Positions 11,196-20,508 of a DNA stretch of 64,000 nucleotides are shown piece after piece. The position numbers and the translations under genes are program-made. The DNA is from Candidatus Eiseniibacteriota bacterium. Lineage in GTDB: Bacteria; Eisenbacteria; RBG-16-71-46; CAVPCR01. How positions within the stretch are numbered: the first letter of the stretch is position 1; the number at the start of each line of letters is the position of its first letter. Under the pieces are notes generated by a model. It searched no databases, was not told the origin of the DNA, and saw only the letters and a program-made list of their open reading frames with translations. The stretch covers positions 1 to 64,000 of the forward strand of contig CAVPCR010000005.1 in NCBI GenBank assembly GCA_963702435.1. The letters run 5' to 3'.

Positions 11196-11259
11196 CCGCG
11201 CCGCCTACTGCGCCCGCGCCGCCTACTGCGCCCGCGCCGCCTACTGCACCCGCGCCGCC
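11196..11259. repeat. Intergenic 18-bp tandem repeat, about 3.5 copies
   Basis: Unit CCGCGCCGCCTACTGCGC, no spacers. Confidence 0.85.
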
Positions 11260-11303
11260 CGGCGTGATGCACGGCAGACCGCTTGTCTCCTGGCCGCCGC
11301 CGC

Positions 11304-12413
11304 CTACTTGAGCGAGGCCATGTCGATGACGAAGCGGTACTTCACATCGCCTCTCGCCAGCCGGTCATAGGCCTCGTTGATCTTCTGGATCGGAATCACC
11401 TCGACGTCGGCCGTGATTCCGTGTTCCGCGCAGAAGTCGAGCATCTCCTGGGTCTCCCGGATGCCGCCGATGATCGATCCCGCGAACCGTCGCCGCTTGA
11501 ACAGGAGGTTCATCACCCCGACCGGGAGCGGAGTCTCCGGCGCTCCCACCATGGTCAGCGTACCGTCCCGCCTGAGGAGCTCGAGATAGGCGTTCAGGTC
11601 GTGGACGGCCGAGACGGTGTCCAGGATGAAGTCGAAGCTGCCGGCCTGCGCCTGCATCGCCGCGGCGTTCGTCGACACCACGACGTCGTCGGCACCCAGC
11701 CGGGCCGCGTCTCTCGCCTTGTCCGCCGATGTCGTGAGGACGACGACCCGGGCGCCGAACGCGCGGGCGAGCTTCACCGCCATGTGCCCCAGCCCGCCGA
11801 GACCCACAACCCCGACCTTCTGTCCCTGGCGGACATTCCAGTGCCTGAGCGGCGAGTACGTGGTGATGCCGGCGCACAGGAGCGGCGCCGTCCCGGCCAG
11901 GTCGAGACCGTCCGGCACCCGGAGCGCGAAGGCCTCGTCGACGACGAGGCTGTCGGAGTATCCGCCGCAGGTGACGCCGTCGAGATGGCTGTCCGGGGCG
12001 TTGTAGGTGAAGGTCGCCGGCCCCTCGCAGAACTGCTCGAGCCCTTCCCGGCACGCGGAGCAGGTGCGGCACGAGTCGACCATGCAGCCCACCGCCGCCA
12101 GGTCTCCCTCCTTGAACTTGCCGACCGCGCTCCCCGCCTTCACAACCCGTCCGACGATCTCATGACCCGGGACGCATGGGTAGACGGTCGGCATGGTGCC
12201 CTGCCACTCGTTCCGCACCTGGTGCAGGTCGGAATGGCAGACCCCGCAGTAGAGCACGTCCATCTGCACGTCCCGCGGCCCCGGGACGCGGCGCCGGATG
12301 GTCGCCGGGGTGAGCCCCGCGGTCGCGCTCCGGGCCGCGTAGGCCCTTGCCTCGTAAGTCCTTCCCGACGGCAAAGCCCCATCCGCCGGCACCACCTGAC
12401 TCTTTTCGCTCAT
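11304..12413 (-). CDS. Zn-dependent NADP(H) alcohol dehydrogenase (cinnamyl-ADH/YahK family)
   Basis: YCGVCHSD, PGHEIVG, CRTCSAC..C, APLLCAGITTYSPL, GLGGLG, YRFVID. RBS AAAGGAGG before ATG 12413. Confidence 0.93.
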   Translation of the reverse strand: MSEKSQVVPADGALPSGRTYEARAYAARSATAGLTPATIRRRVPGPRDVQMDVLYCGVCHSDLHQVRNEWQGTMPTVYPCVPGHEIVGRVVKAGSAVGKFKEGDLAAVGCMVDSCRTCSACREGLEQFCEGPATFTYNAPDSHLDGVTCGGYSDSLVVDEAFALRVPDGLDLAGTAPLLCAGITTYSPLRHWNVRQGQKVGVVGLGGLGHMAVKLARAFGARVVVLTTSADKARDAARLGADDVVVSTNAAAMQAQAGSFDFILDTVSAVHDLNAYLELLRRDGTLTMVGAPETPLPVGVMNLLFKRRRFAGSIIGGIRETQEMLDFCAEHGITADVEVIPIQKINEAYDRLARGDVKYRFVIDMASLK

Positions 12414-12741
12414 GGCCAAAGCCCTCCTTTGCTATGCATCTGCTGCGCAGGCAAGCCGTTCCGATTCGATCGCTCATGATTGGCTCGACGAGTCAGCGAG
12501 TTCTCGCCGATCGCGACTGCTCCAGCGGGGAAGCCGCACGGCCATAGTGCCTGACCAGATCGTTGAATCGCGCGCGCGGGGACACGACGGCCGCTTGGGC
12601 CGTCGGGAAGAGCCATGGATACGTGGATCGGGATGGACGCGTTGCAGGGAGGGGCGCCGGCGGATCGCGTGCGATCGCCGGCGGCTCCTTCGCCTCGTCG
12701 CTTGCCGCCCGCGTGACTCCGAGTCGCCGGAGAAGCTCCGG

Positions 12742-13779
12742 CTAGCGACGCCCGGCCTCGAGCTCGTTTCGCCAGCTCTGCGGCATGTTCCTCAGGATCT
12801 CCACGTCCGCAAAGAGCTTGCTCCGCCGTGCGCCCATGCCCCGTGCCCAGCCCGCCATCCGTTCGACCCCCTCCTCCAGCGAGTATCGGGGCGTGAAGCC
12901 GAAGACACGATGGAGCTTTTCATGACTCGAGAAAGCGTGCTTGACCTCGTTTCTCGCCTCGAGGTGCGTCACCTCGGGCTTCACGCCCATGGCGCTGCAG
13001 ACGATCTCAGCCAGGCGATTCACCGTGTAGGGGACGTCGGCCCCGACGTTGAAGATCTGGTTGAGCGCCCCGGGATTGAAAGGTGCATCGGCCATCACCG
13101 GAGCAACATCCTGGATGTAGGTGAAAGCCCGGGTCTGCTCGCCGTCCCCGAACACCGCCAGCGGCTTCCCTTGCATGATCAGGTTCATGAAGATCCCGAC
13201 TACGTTCCGGTAGCGATCGCCGATGTTCTGCCGCTCTCCGTAGACATTGTGCGGACGGAAGACGACGTAATTCAGCCCGAACATCTCGTGGCTGACCCGC
13301 AGCTCCTGCTCAACGGCAAGCTTGGCGATGCCGTAGGGGTCTTCCGGTCGTGGCTCCATCTCCTCGGTCATGGGTACCTGATTGGCGCCGTACACGGCGA
13401 TGGACGACGTGAACACGAAGCACTTCACCTCGTGATTCACGGCAGCATTGATCAAGTTCACGCTGCCGATCAGGTTGTTTTCGTAGTTGAACTTCTTGAT
13501 GAAGTGACTGAGCCCCTCCGCAGCGTATGCAGCAAGATGGAACACGTAGTCGTAGCGGTCTGAGTCGAAGAGCCTCTTGACGAGGGCGTCGTCCGTGATG
13601 CTGCCCTCGACCAGGCGGGCGCCGCTCACGACGTTCTCCTTGAATCCCCCACTCAGGTCGTCGAGGACCGTGACCTCATGACCCCGCCCGACGAGGATCT
13701 CAGCCAGATGTGACCCCATGAAACCTGCGCCGCCGGTGACGAGCGCTCGGCCCTTTTGCGTCTGTTTTGGATCGCTCAT
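12742..13779 (-). CDS. NAD-dependent nucleotide-sugar epimerase/dehydratase
   Basis: LVTGGAGFMGSH, VFHLAA, TSSIAVYG, YGIAK (YxxxK), RPHNVYG. Confidence 0.92.
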   Translation of the reverse strand: MSDPKQTQKGRALVTGGAGFMGSHLAEILVGRGHEVTVLDDLSGGFKENVVSGARLVEGSITDDALVKRLFDSDRYDYVFHLAAYAAEGLSHFIKKFNYENNLIGSVNLINAAVNHEVKCFVFTSSIAVYGANQVPMTEEMEPRPEDPYGIAKLAVEQELRVSHEMFGLNYVVFRPHNVYGERQNIGDRYRNVVGIFMNLIMQGKPLAVFGDGEQTRAFTYIQDVAPVMADAPFNPGALNQIFNVGADVPYTVNRLAEIVCSAMGVKPEVTHLEARNEVKHAFSSHEKLHRVFGFTPRYSLEEGVERMAGWARGMGARRSKLFADVEILRNMPQSWRNELEAGRR

Positions 13780-13820
13780 GTGATTCCCCTGTCGAGGTTC
13801 AGATTCGAATGAGCCAAGCG

Positions 13821-15128
13821 TCAGCCAAGGACCGAGATCAGGCAGGAGAGATACGCGTAGTCGCCATCCACGACAAACGGGACGCATCCCGCCAGGGCGC
13901 CCACATCTGAACCCAGGCGAGACCGGCGACCCGGGCCGGTGCGGACCCCGTCATACCCGTCATAGATGTCGAGGAGCCGCCTCCCGACCGCAAGCCAGGA
14001 GTGCTCCGAGCGCGCCCTCTCGATGGACCTCCTCCTGAGCTCGGCCGCCTCGGCTGGAGATTTCAAGATCCGCACGATCGCGCTGGCCAGCGCCTCGACG
14101 TTTCCTGATTCGACGTAGATCCCCAGATCCCCGAGGATCTCCCGATTCACCTCGTTGTCGAACACCACCGTCGGCAAACCCATGGCCATGTAGCTGAAGA
14201 GCTTGAGATTGGCTTCCGTCGTCGAGATCTTCGGCGAGATCGCGATGTCGGCCAGCGAGAGGTAATCAGGAACCGCATCGTAGGGAACGCGGCCGGTGAA
14301 GAGGGTCGACGCTTCGATCCCCAGCGCGCGCGCCTTCTCCCGGTAGGATTCCTCCGGGTAGCCGACGATCAGGAACTTCGCAGACGGAAGCTCCTTCACG
14401 ACCGGCGGCACTGCCTGGAGAAGAAGGTCGATCCCCTGGTACTCGGTCAGGACGCCGACGAAGGCGACCACCGTCTCATCAGGGAGGATGCCGAGGGACG
14501 CGCGAAGGGCCGGGTCTTTGGCGCGCGGGGAGACCACGTCGGTGTCCACTCCATCCATGATCGGGGTGATGCGGCTCTCGGGCAGGCCGAAGGTGTCGCG
14601 AGTGCTTCTCGCGGTACGTGTCGAGCTGACGATCAGGTGTCGCGGCATGCGATTGATGGCCCACTCGATCCGGTGCATCGTGTTCGCCAGCCATCCAGGG
14701 ATGAACTTGTGCTCACGAAGCTCACCGGTGAGGCTTCCCTGAAGATCAGCCACGAGCGGCACGCCGAAGAGCGCGCTGGCGATCTTGCCGATGACAATGC
14801 CCTCATGGAGGTGGGCATGAATGACGGTGGGACGAAAGCGCCGGCATGCACTCAGCACCTTCCAGATGAGGAGCAGATCGATGTATAGCTTGTGCGCCGA
14901 GGGGCCGGCTGAGAGCTTCTTGTACCAGGGGACAGTAAGCGTCCGCTCGGTCGGCAGACCGGGGATGTCGCGCCCCAGGTGATACGTGCAGATGAGGACC
15001 GCGTGTCCCAGCGCAAGGAGCGCCTGCGCTTCTCCGAGGATCCGCACATGGCAGCCACGGTCGGCAAAGAACGGCGTGGGCGCGACCATGAGGACACGCT
15101 GCCCAGAATTCGGGGAAAGGGCCTGCAT
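13821..15128 (-). CDS. Glycosyltransferase family 4
   Basis: VLMVAPTPFFADRG, IHAHLHEG, DGVDTD, FVGVLTEYQGIDLL, LKLFSYMAMGLP (GT-B pattern). Confidence 0.88.
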   Translation of the reverse strand: MQALSPNSGQRVLMVAPTPFFADRGCHVRILGEAQALLALGHAVLICTYHLGRDIPGLPTERTLTVPWYKKLSAGPSAHKLYIDLLLIWKVLSACRRFRPTVIHAHLHEGIVIGKIASALFGVPLVADLQGSLTGELREHKFIPGWLANTMHRIEWAINRMPRHLIVSSTRTARSTRDTFGLPESRITPIMDGVDTDVVSPRAKDPALRASLGILPDETVVAFVGVLTEYQGIDLLLQAVPPVVKELPSAKFLIVGYPEESYREKARALGIEASTLFTGRVPYDAVPDYLSLADIAISPKISTTEANLKLFSYMAMGLPTVVFDNEVNREILGDLGIYVESGNVEALASAIVRILKSPAEAAELRRRSIERARSEHSWLAVGRRLLDIYDGYDGVRTGPGRRSRLGSDVGALAGCVPFVVDGDYAYLSCLISVLG

Positions 15129-15565
15129 CTGCTGTCTCGAGATCCTCGTGTTTGACGCGTAGGGAACTCCGCCGGGCCGCGACCGCCGACTGATTCAGCT
15201 GTTCGCACGCGCGTCGGCGGACCGCCGGATGACCCTCACCGGCGTGTTCGGCCGCAAGCCCTGTTCCTCTCGGCTCAGGATCGAACCCCCAGCCGACCGG
15301 ACCTCTTGCGTTCCCGATGGGACACCAGACTGCCACAGATGCCCGCGCGGAGGCAACTCGCCTCTGCGGCGCTCGGGCCGGGGGCGGCTCTTGCGGGCGT
15401 CCATGCCGAGGGCGAAGCGGTTGGGCGAGGCCGCCTGGATCCGGAGCCTGGCGCCGGGTGCTCCTGCCACCTCGACTCCGGTCGTCCCGCCGGCGCTTCG
15501 CCCTTGTGCGCGCGTGCGCGGCGCAGGAGAATGGCAACCTGATCGTGAACGGGAGGCAACGCTCC

Positions 15566-16486
15566 GTGGCCATCGACTCCTATCGCTTTCTCGACTTCGC
15601 ATCGCGCCAGGTGATGAAGGCATGGACCTCGCGCGACGAGGCCGCCCGCCGGGAAGCCGGCGCTGGGCACCCGACCCCGATCCCCTTCACCCCGCTCGCG
15701 AAGCCGCTCCGCGAGTGCACGGTGGCGCTCCTCACGACCGCCGGTGTCGCGCGCCGCGAGGACCGGCCGTTCGACCAGGAGGGCGAGCGGCGGAATCCAT
15801 GGTGGGGCGATCCGACCTTCCGCGCGATCCCCTTCGGCTCGACGGAGGCGGATGTCCGGCTCTACCACCTCCACGTGGATCAACGCTTCGCCGAGGCCGA
15901 CCTCGACGTCGTTCTCCCCATGCGCCGCCTTGCCGAGCTCGCGGCGGCAGGCGTCGTCGGCCGCCCGGCGCCCACGCACTACTCGACGATGGGCTACATC
16001 CTCGACGCGACGGAGCTCGTCGCGAAGACGGCGCCGGCCATCGCTGAGCGCATGCATGCGGAGGGAGTCGACGCGGCCGCGCTCTTTCCGGCCTGACCGT
16101 TCTGCTGCCGGTCCGTGGGACTGGTTCAGCAGGTGATCGAGGCGAGCGGCATCGCGACGGTGACGCTCTCGTGGATCCCCGAGCTCACGCGGGCCATCGG
16201 CGTGCCGCGGCTCGCGGGCATCGCGTACCCGGCGAGCCGGCCGCTCGGCCGGCCCCACGATGCGGACGGACAGCGTGCCGTGCTCCGCGCGACCCTCGAG
16301 GTGCTCGCAAGCGCGAACGGTCCCGACACCTACGTGGAGCTGCCGTTCGCATGGCCGGAGTCTCCGGCCCAGGCCCGGAACGCATCGCGGGACCATCCGC
16401 CGCCGCCGATCTCCGAGCTCCTGCGGAAGAAGCCGTGGCTCCTGCCCCGGCTCCTGAGCGGCCGGATCCCGGAGGACGGGACCTGA
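15566..16486 (+). CDS. PrdB/GrdB-family reductase selenoprotein (306 aa, Sec at UGA 16094-16096)
   Basis: GGAGG then GTG 15566. PFTPLAKPLRECTVALLTTAG..DPTFRAIP..DLDVVLPMRRL..GVDAAALFPA-U-PFCCRSVGLVQQVIEASGIATV..VPR gives a UxxC motif. ORFs 15317-16096 and 16115-16486 are in the same frame. Confidence 0.85.
16102..16132 (+). promoter_or_regulatory. Candidate bacterial SECIS hairpin
   Basis: CTGCTG-CCGGTCC-(GTG loop)-GGACTGG-TT-CAGCAG. The loop starts with G 19 nt after the UGA. Confidence 0.7.
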
Positions 16487-16602
16487 TCTATACTGCGGTG
16501 GCGAGCCGCGCGGCAACGAGGTGGCGCGGCGGCGAGCGGCAACGCGGCAATGCGCGGCCGCGCGCGGCGATGCGCGGCAATGCGAGGAAAGGACCTCCCC
16601 CC

Positions 16603-17184
16603 GTGTCGATCCTCAGATTCCTGGGCCTCGGCTCCGCGGAAGCGCGGGCGAAGACCGGCTCGAGCGAGACCGAGACCATCCGCAAGATCGTCGATTCGCT
16701 CGACCAGATGCCGGAGGACGAGGCGCGGCGGATCGCCGGCTTCGCCTATGTCCTCTCCCGCGTCGCCCGCGCCGACCTCGAGATCAGCGCGGACGAGACG
16801 CGGACCATGGAGCGGATCGTCCGGGAGCTCGGCAAGCTGAGCGCGGAGCAGGCGATCCTCGTCGTGCAGATGGCGAAGACACAGAGCCTCCTCTTCGCAG
16901 GGACGGAGAACTTCCTCGTCACGCGCGAGTACAGCCGGCTCGCGAGCCTCGAAGAGAAGCTCGGCCTCCTCGAGTGCCTCTTCGCCGTGTCGGCCGCGGA
17001 CGAGTCCATCAGCGCGGTCGAGGACCACGAGATCCGCCGCATCGCCTCCGAGCTCGGGCTCGAGCACCACGACTTCATCGCGGCGCGGTCCGCCTACCGG
17101 GAACACCTCGCGGTGCTCAAGACGCCGCCCGGCGCTCCGACCGATGACTCCTCTCGCCGGCGGAGCCGCCCGGAGGGGACGTGA
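16603..17184 (+). CDS. TerB-family (tellurite resistance/co-chaperone-like) protein
   Basis: VARADLEISADE and LFAVSAADESISAVEDHEIRRIASELGL, the twin ADxxxSxxE motifs. AAAGGA then GTG 16603. Confidence 0.8.
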   Translation: MSILRFLGLGSAEARAKTGSSETETIRKIVDSLDQMPEDEARRIAGFAYVLSRVARADLEISADETRTMERIVRELGKLSAEQAILVVQMAKTQSLLFAGTENFLVTREYSRLASLEEKLGLLECLFAVSAADESISAVEDHEIRRIASELGLEHHDFIAARSAYREHLAVLKTPPGAPTDDSSRRRSRPEGT

Positions 17185-17254
17185 TGTAGCTCAATGCAGC
17201 GTCGCGGCTCCACGGTTCTCTCCGGCTCCCATGTCATCCACCGACATCTCTCGC

Positions 17255-17410
17255 ACCCTCGTCCGCTTCACCTCCGCCTCGCGAACCAGCGGGACGTCAC
17301 CTGGCAGAACCGCGCCCACTTCCGCGGCGTCGCCGCCCAGGCGATGCGCTGTATCCTCGCCGATCATGCGCGCCGGCGGCGGGCCGAGAAGCGCGGCCGG
17401 CAATCTGTGG
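17255..17410 (+). pseudogene. Internal fragment of an ECF-type sigma factor (TIGR02999-like)
   Basis: [42 protein letters not shown] matches the WQNRAHFFxxAAxAMRRILVDHAR region. Both ends missing. Confidence 0.7.
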
Positions 17411-17459
17411 CACCATGCTCGCTGCCGACCGGAGAACCCCATGCGAACGCGAGCGCCCC

Positions 17460-18659
17460 GTGACTGATCGCAACATCCTCTACGCGGTAGCCTTCACTCG
17501 ATCGCTCGCCACCGGCATGCTCGGGGTGGTCTTCGGGCTCTATCTCGCGAGCCTCGGCTTCGCTCCTGCGACCATCGGCGCCGTCGTGGCCGCCGGCCTC
17601 GCGGGCGGGGCCGCCGGGGGCCTCCTCGCCACGCTCGTCGCCGACCGGGTCGGCCGGCGCCTCTTTCTCGTCGCGCTCTCGTTCCTCGGCGCCGCCGGGG
17701 CCCTCGGCGCCGCCGTCTCCTCCGATCCCGCCATCATGGCCGCGGTCGCCTTCTTCGGCATGTTGAACGGCATGGGTCGCGATCGCGGCGCCGCGCTGGC
17801 TCTCGACCAGGCGATCCTGCCGGCAACGGGTAGCGAGCAGAAGCGGACGCTCCGGTTCGCCTGGTACAACGTTCTGCAGGACGCCGGCCACGCGCTCGGC
17901 GCGCTCCTCGCAGCAGCGCCGGCGCTCCTGCGCAGCACGCTTGGCCTCGGCGTGCTCACCTCGCAGCGACCGCTGTTCCTTCTCTACGCGATCCTGCTCC
18001 TCGTCACGGCGGTCCTCTACACCCGGCTGTCCGCTCGGGCCGAATCGCCGGCAGGGGCCCGGAGGATCGCGATGACGATGGAAACCCGGCGGGTGCTGTG
18101 GAAGATCTCCTCGCTCTTCGCCGTCGACAGCATCGCCGGCGGCTTCCTCACCGCATCGCTCGTCGCCTACTTCTTCCTCGAGCGCTTCGGCTCAGGCGAG
18201 GTGGCCATCGGTCTGCTCTTCTTCGGCGCGCGTGTGGCCAACGCCGGGTCTCACCTCGGTGCGGCCTGGCTCGCGCGGCGCATCGGTCTCGTCAACACGA
18301 TGGTCTTCACCCACCTTCCCTCGAGCCTTCTCCTGCTGGCCGTGCCCTTCGCCCCGAGCTTCTGGGTGGCCGCGATCCTCTTCCTCCTGCGCGAGGGCCT
18401 CGTCGAGATGGATGTGCCTACCCGGCAGTCCTACGTCATGGCGGTCGTCCGCCCGGATGAGCGGACGGCCGCGGCCGGTGTGACGAATCTCGTCCGGCTG
18501 GGAGGCTGGGCCGTGGCCCCGTCGTTCGCCGGAGCGCTCATGGGAGGAGCGGCCCTCGGCGCCCCGCTCATCGTGGGCGCGGGCCTGAAGATCGCCTACG
18601 ACGTCTTGCTCTACGCTGCGTTCCGTCGCCTCAAGCCGCCGGAGGAAGAACTCGAATAG
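17460..18659 (+). CDS. MFS transporter
   Basis: About 12 hydrophobic segments, ADRVGRR motif [23 protein letters not shown]. Confidence 0.9.
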   Translation: MTDRNILYAVAFTRSLATGMLGVVFGLYLASLGFAPATIGAVVAAGLAGGAAGGLLATLVADRVGRRLFLVALSFLGAAGALGAAVSSDPAIMAAVAFFGMLNGMGRDRGAALALDQAILPATGSEQKRTLRFAWYNVLQDAGHALGALLAAAPALLRSTLGLGVLTSQRPLFLLYAILLLVTAVLYTRLSARAESPAGARRIAMTMETRRVLWKISSLFAVDSIAGGFLTASLVAYFFLERFGSGEVAIGLLFFGARVANAGSHLGAAWLARRIGLVNTMVFTHLPSSLLLLAVPFAPSFWVAAILFLLREGLVEMDVPTRQSYVMAVVRPDERTAAAGVTNLVRLGGWAVAPSFAGALMGGAALGAPLIVGAGLKIAYDVLLYAAFRRLKPPEEELE

Positions 18660-18669
18660 ACGTGTGGCG

Positions 18670-19131
18670 TCAGACGAAGGCGCCCTGTGGCTTGCCGAGG
18701 CGCACCATCTCCCGGCAGTAGGCGTAGAGGGCATCGTAGACGATCCACTCGGCCGCATTGATCTCCCGGTCGTCCTTGAAGCCCAGGTGCCGGAACCCCT
18801 CGGCGATGGCCGCGAGACCCGCGGCCTCCGGCTGGCCCCAGAGGCTGTTGTCGGTGTCGGCTCCATTGACGATCCTGGCCAGGAGAACGAGCGCCGCGTC
18901 CCCCTCCAGGCCGTACTTTTTCACGACCGCATCGAAGCTGCACTCCTTGCCGTGATGCCCCAGCTCGACACCGGGAACATCGAATGGGGTGGCCCCTTCG
19001 CGCGCGGCGACGGCCATTACTTCTTCTGCCGGCACGAACAGGAATTCGGCCGCTGGATCAACGAACTTCCGGATCAGCCACGGACATGCCACGCGGTCGA
19101 CCTTGACCCGGGCACGAGTCACCCACTTCAT
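18670..19131 (-). CDS. Chromate resistance ChrB C-terminal-domain protein (ChrF-like)
   Basis: MKWVTRARVKVDRVACPWLIRKFVDPAAEFLFV..PFDVPGVELGH..CSFDA..YDALYAYC. Confidence 0.88.
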   Translation of the reverse strand: MKWVTRARVKVDRVACPWLIRKFVDPAAEFLFVPAEEVMAVAAREGATPFDVPGVELGHHGKECSFDAVVKKYGLEGDAALVLLARIVNGADTDNSLWGQPEAAGLAAIAEGFRHLGFKDDREINAAEWIVYDALYAYCREMVRLGKPQGAFV

Positions 19132-19380
19132 GGTTCCGCTTCCTTCCCTTTCCTCCCTCGAGCAGGTTCGGCCAGCAGTATCCCACGGACCCGCCGGCAC
19201 GGGCCCCGACCATACCTGCGGGTGTCGTAGTAAGGAGTCGGGCCAGCTCGCCCTCACGCCGCCCCGCGCTGATCTCCATCCGGACGCATCGGGTCTTGGC
19301 GGGAGCCGGCGGGACGAACACGCACACGAGCGCGACCGCCTGCATGTGATCCCGCGCTCGACACGCAACCGGCGGCCGAG

Positions 19381-19468
19381 ATCGAAGGATCATCCGAGGA
19401 GCATCGAAGGATCATCCGAGGAGCATCGAAGGATCATCCGAGGAGCATCGAAGGATCATCCGAGGAGC
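19381..19468. repeat. Four perfect tandem copies of a 22-bp unit
   Basis: ATCGAAGGATCATCCGAGGAGC at 19381, 19403, 19425 and 19447. Internal palindrome GGAT-C-ATCC. Confidence 0.95.
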
Positions 19469-19570
19469 TTCCAAGAAGGGCAAGAAGCAGCCAAGGAGCA
19501 GCCCCTTGCGCCCCCCCGATCCCCCGCCGTATGCTCCAGAACGCTTGAACTCCGGAACCGGGAGGTGACC

Positions 19571-20383
19571 ATGCATCTGAAGGCGCTTGCAGGCGCGATC
19601 CTCGTGGCCGCAGCCGCGCTCGAACCCGGCGCTGTCTCCGCGCAGGCCTCCGATCCATGGCAGTTCGGCGCGCAGATCTACGTGTTCCTCCCATCCATCG
19701 ATGGAGAGAGCAATTTCCCGGGCTCGGGATCCGACCCCGACGCCTCCGTGGATGTCAGTCAGATCATCGAGGACCTCCAGTTCGTGTTCATGGGATCGCT
19801 CGATGCGAGTAAGGGCCGCTGGGGCGCCATGACCGACGTGATCTACCTGGACGTCGGCGACGAAGAGTCGGGTACGCGCGATCTCACGATCGGAGGTATC
19901 GAGATCCCCGCCACCGCCAGCGCCACGGCGAAGTACGACCTCGACGGCTGGATCTGGATGATCGCGGGCAAGTATGCGGTCGTGTCCCGGCCGGCCACCG
20001 CAATGGACGTCTTCGCCGGCACCCGCGTGCTCGAAATCGAGCAGTCTATCGGCTGGGAGCTGCAAGGCGACATCGGGGAGATTCCCGCGGCCGGGCGCAC
20101 CGGCAGCTCGCAGCTCGGCAGGACCAACTGGGATGCCATCGTCGGCGTGAAGGGCCGCTGGTGCTACCGAGCTGAGAACCGCTGGTTCGTGCCTTATTAC
20201 CTCGATGTCGGCGCGGGCGAGTCCGACTTCACGTGGCAGACGATGGCCGGGCTCGGCTACTCGTGGCAATGGATCGACGCCTTCGCCGCCTGGCGTTACC
20301 TCGACTACGACATCGGCGATGGGCGTCCGCTCTCGTCGCTCAGCCTGAACGGGCCGCTCGTGTCGCTGTTGTTCCACTGGTAG
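19571..20383 (+). CDS. Putative outer-membrane beta-barrel protein
   Basis: GGAGGT RBS, signal peptide, amphipathic aromatic-rich strands (FTWQTMAGLGYSW, AWRYLDYD), C-terminal LNGPLVSLLFHW. Confidence 0.75.
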   Translation: MHLKALAGAILVAAAALEPGAVSAQASDPWQFGAQIYVFLPSIDGESNFPGSGSDPDASVDVSQIIEDLQFVFMGSLDASKGRWGAMTDVIYLDVGDEESGTRDLTIGGIEIPATASATAKYDLDGWIWMIAGKYAVVSRPATAMDVFAGTRVLEIEQSIGWELQGDIGEIPAAGRTGSSQLGRTNWDAIVGVKGRWCYRAENRWFVPYYLDVGAGESDFTWQTMAGLGYSWQWIDAFAAWRYLDYDIGDGRPLSSLSLNGPLVSLLFHW

Positions 20384-20508
20384 CACCGTCCCGCGCCGGT
20401 CCACGCCGCTCGTCATCCCCTGGGGGGCGGAGCACGCGGCGCCCACCGAAGCCGCCGAGCAGGGTATATACTCAACGCAGGTGGACAGGTCCCGGGGAGG
20501 TCATCGGA

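Noticed and set aside
19381..19468. CRISPR array or plasmid origin
   Set aside because: Units abut with no spacers; no cas or rep gene and no AT-rich unwinding region.
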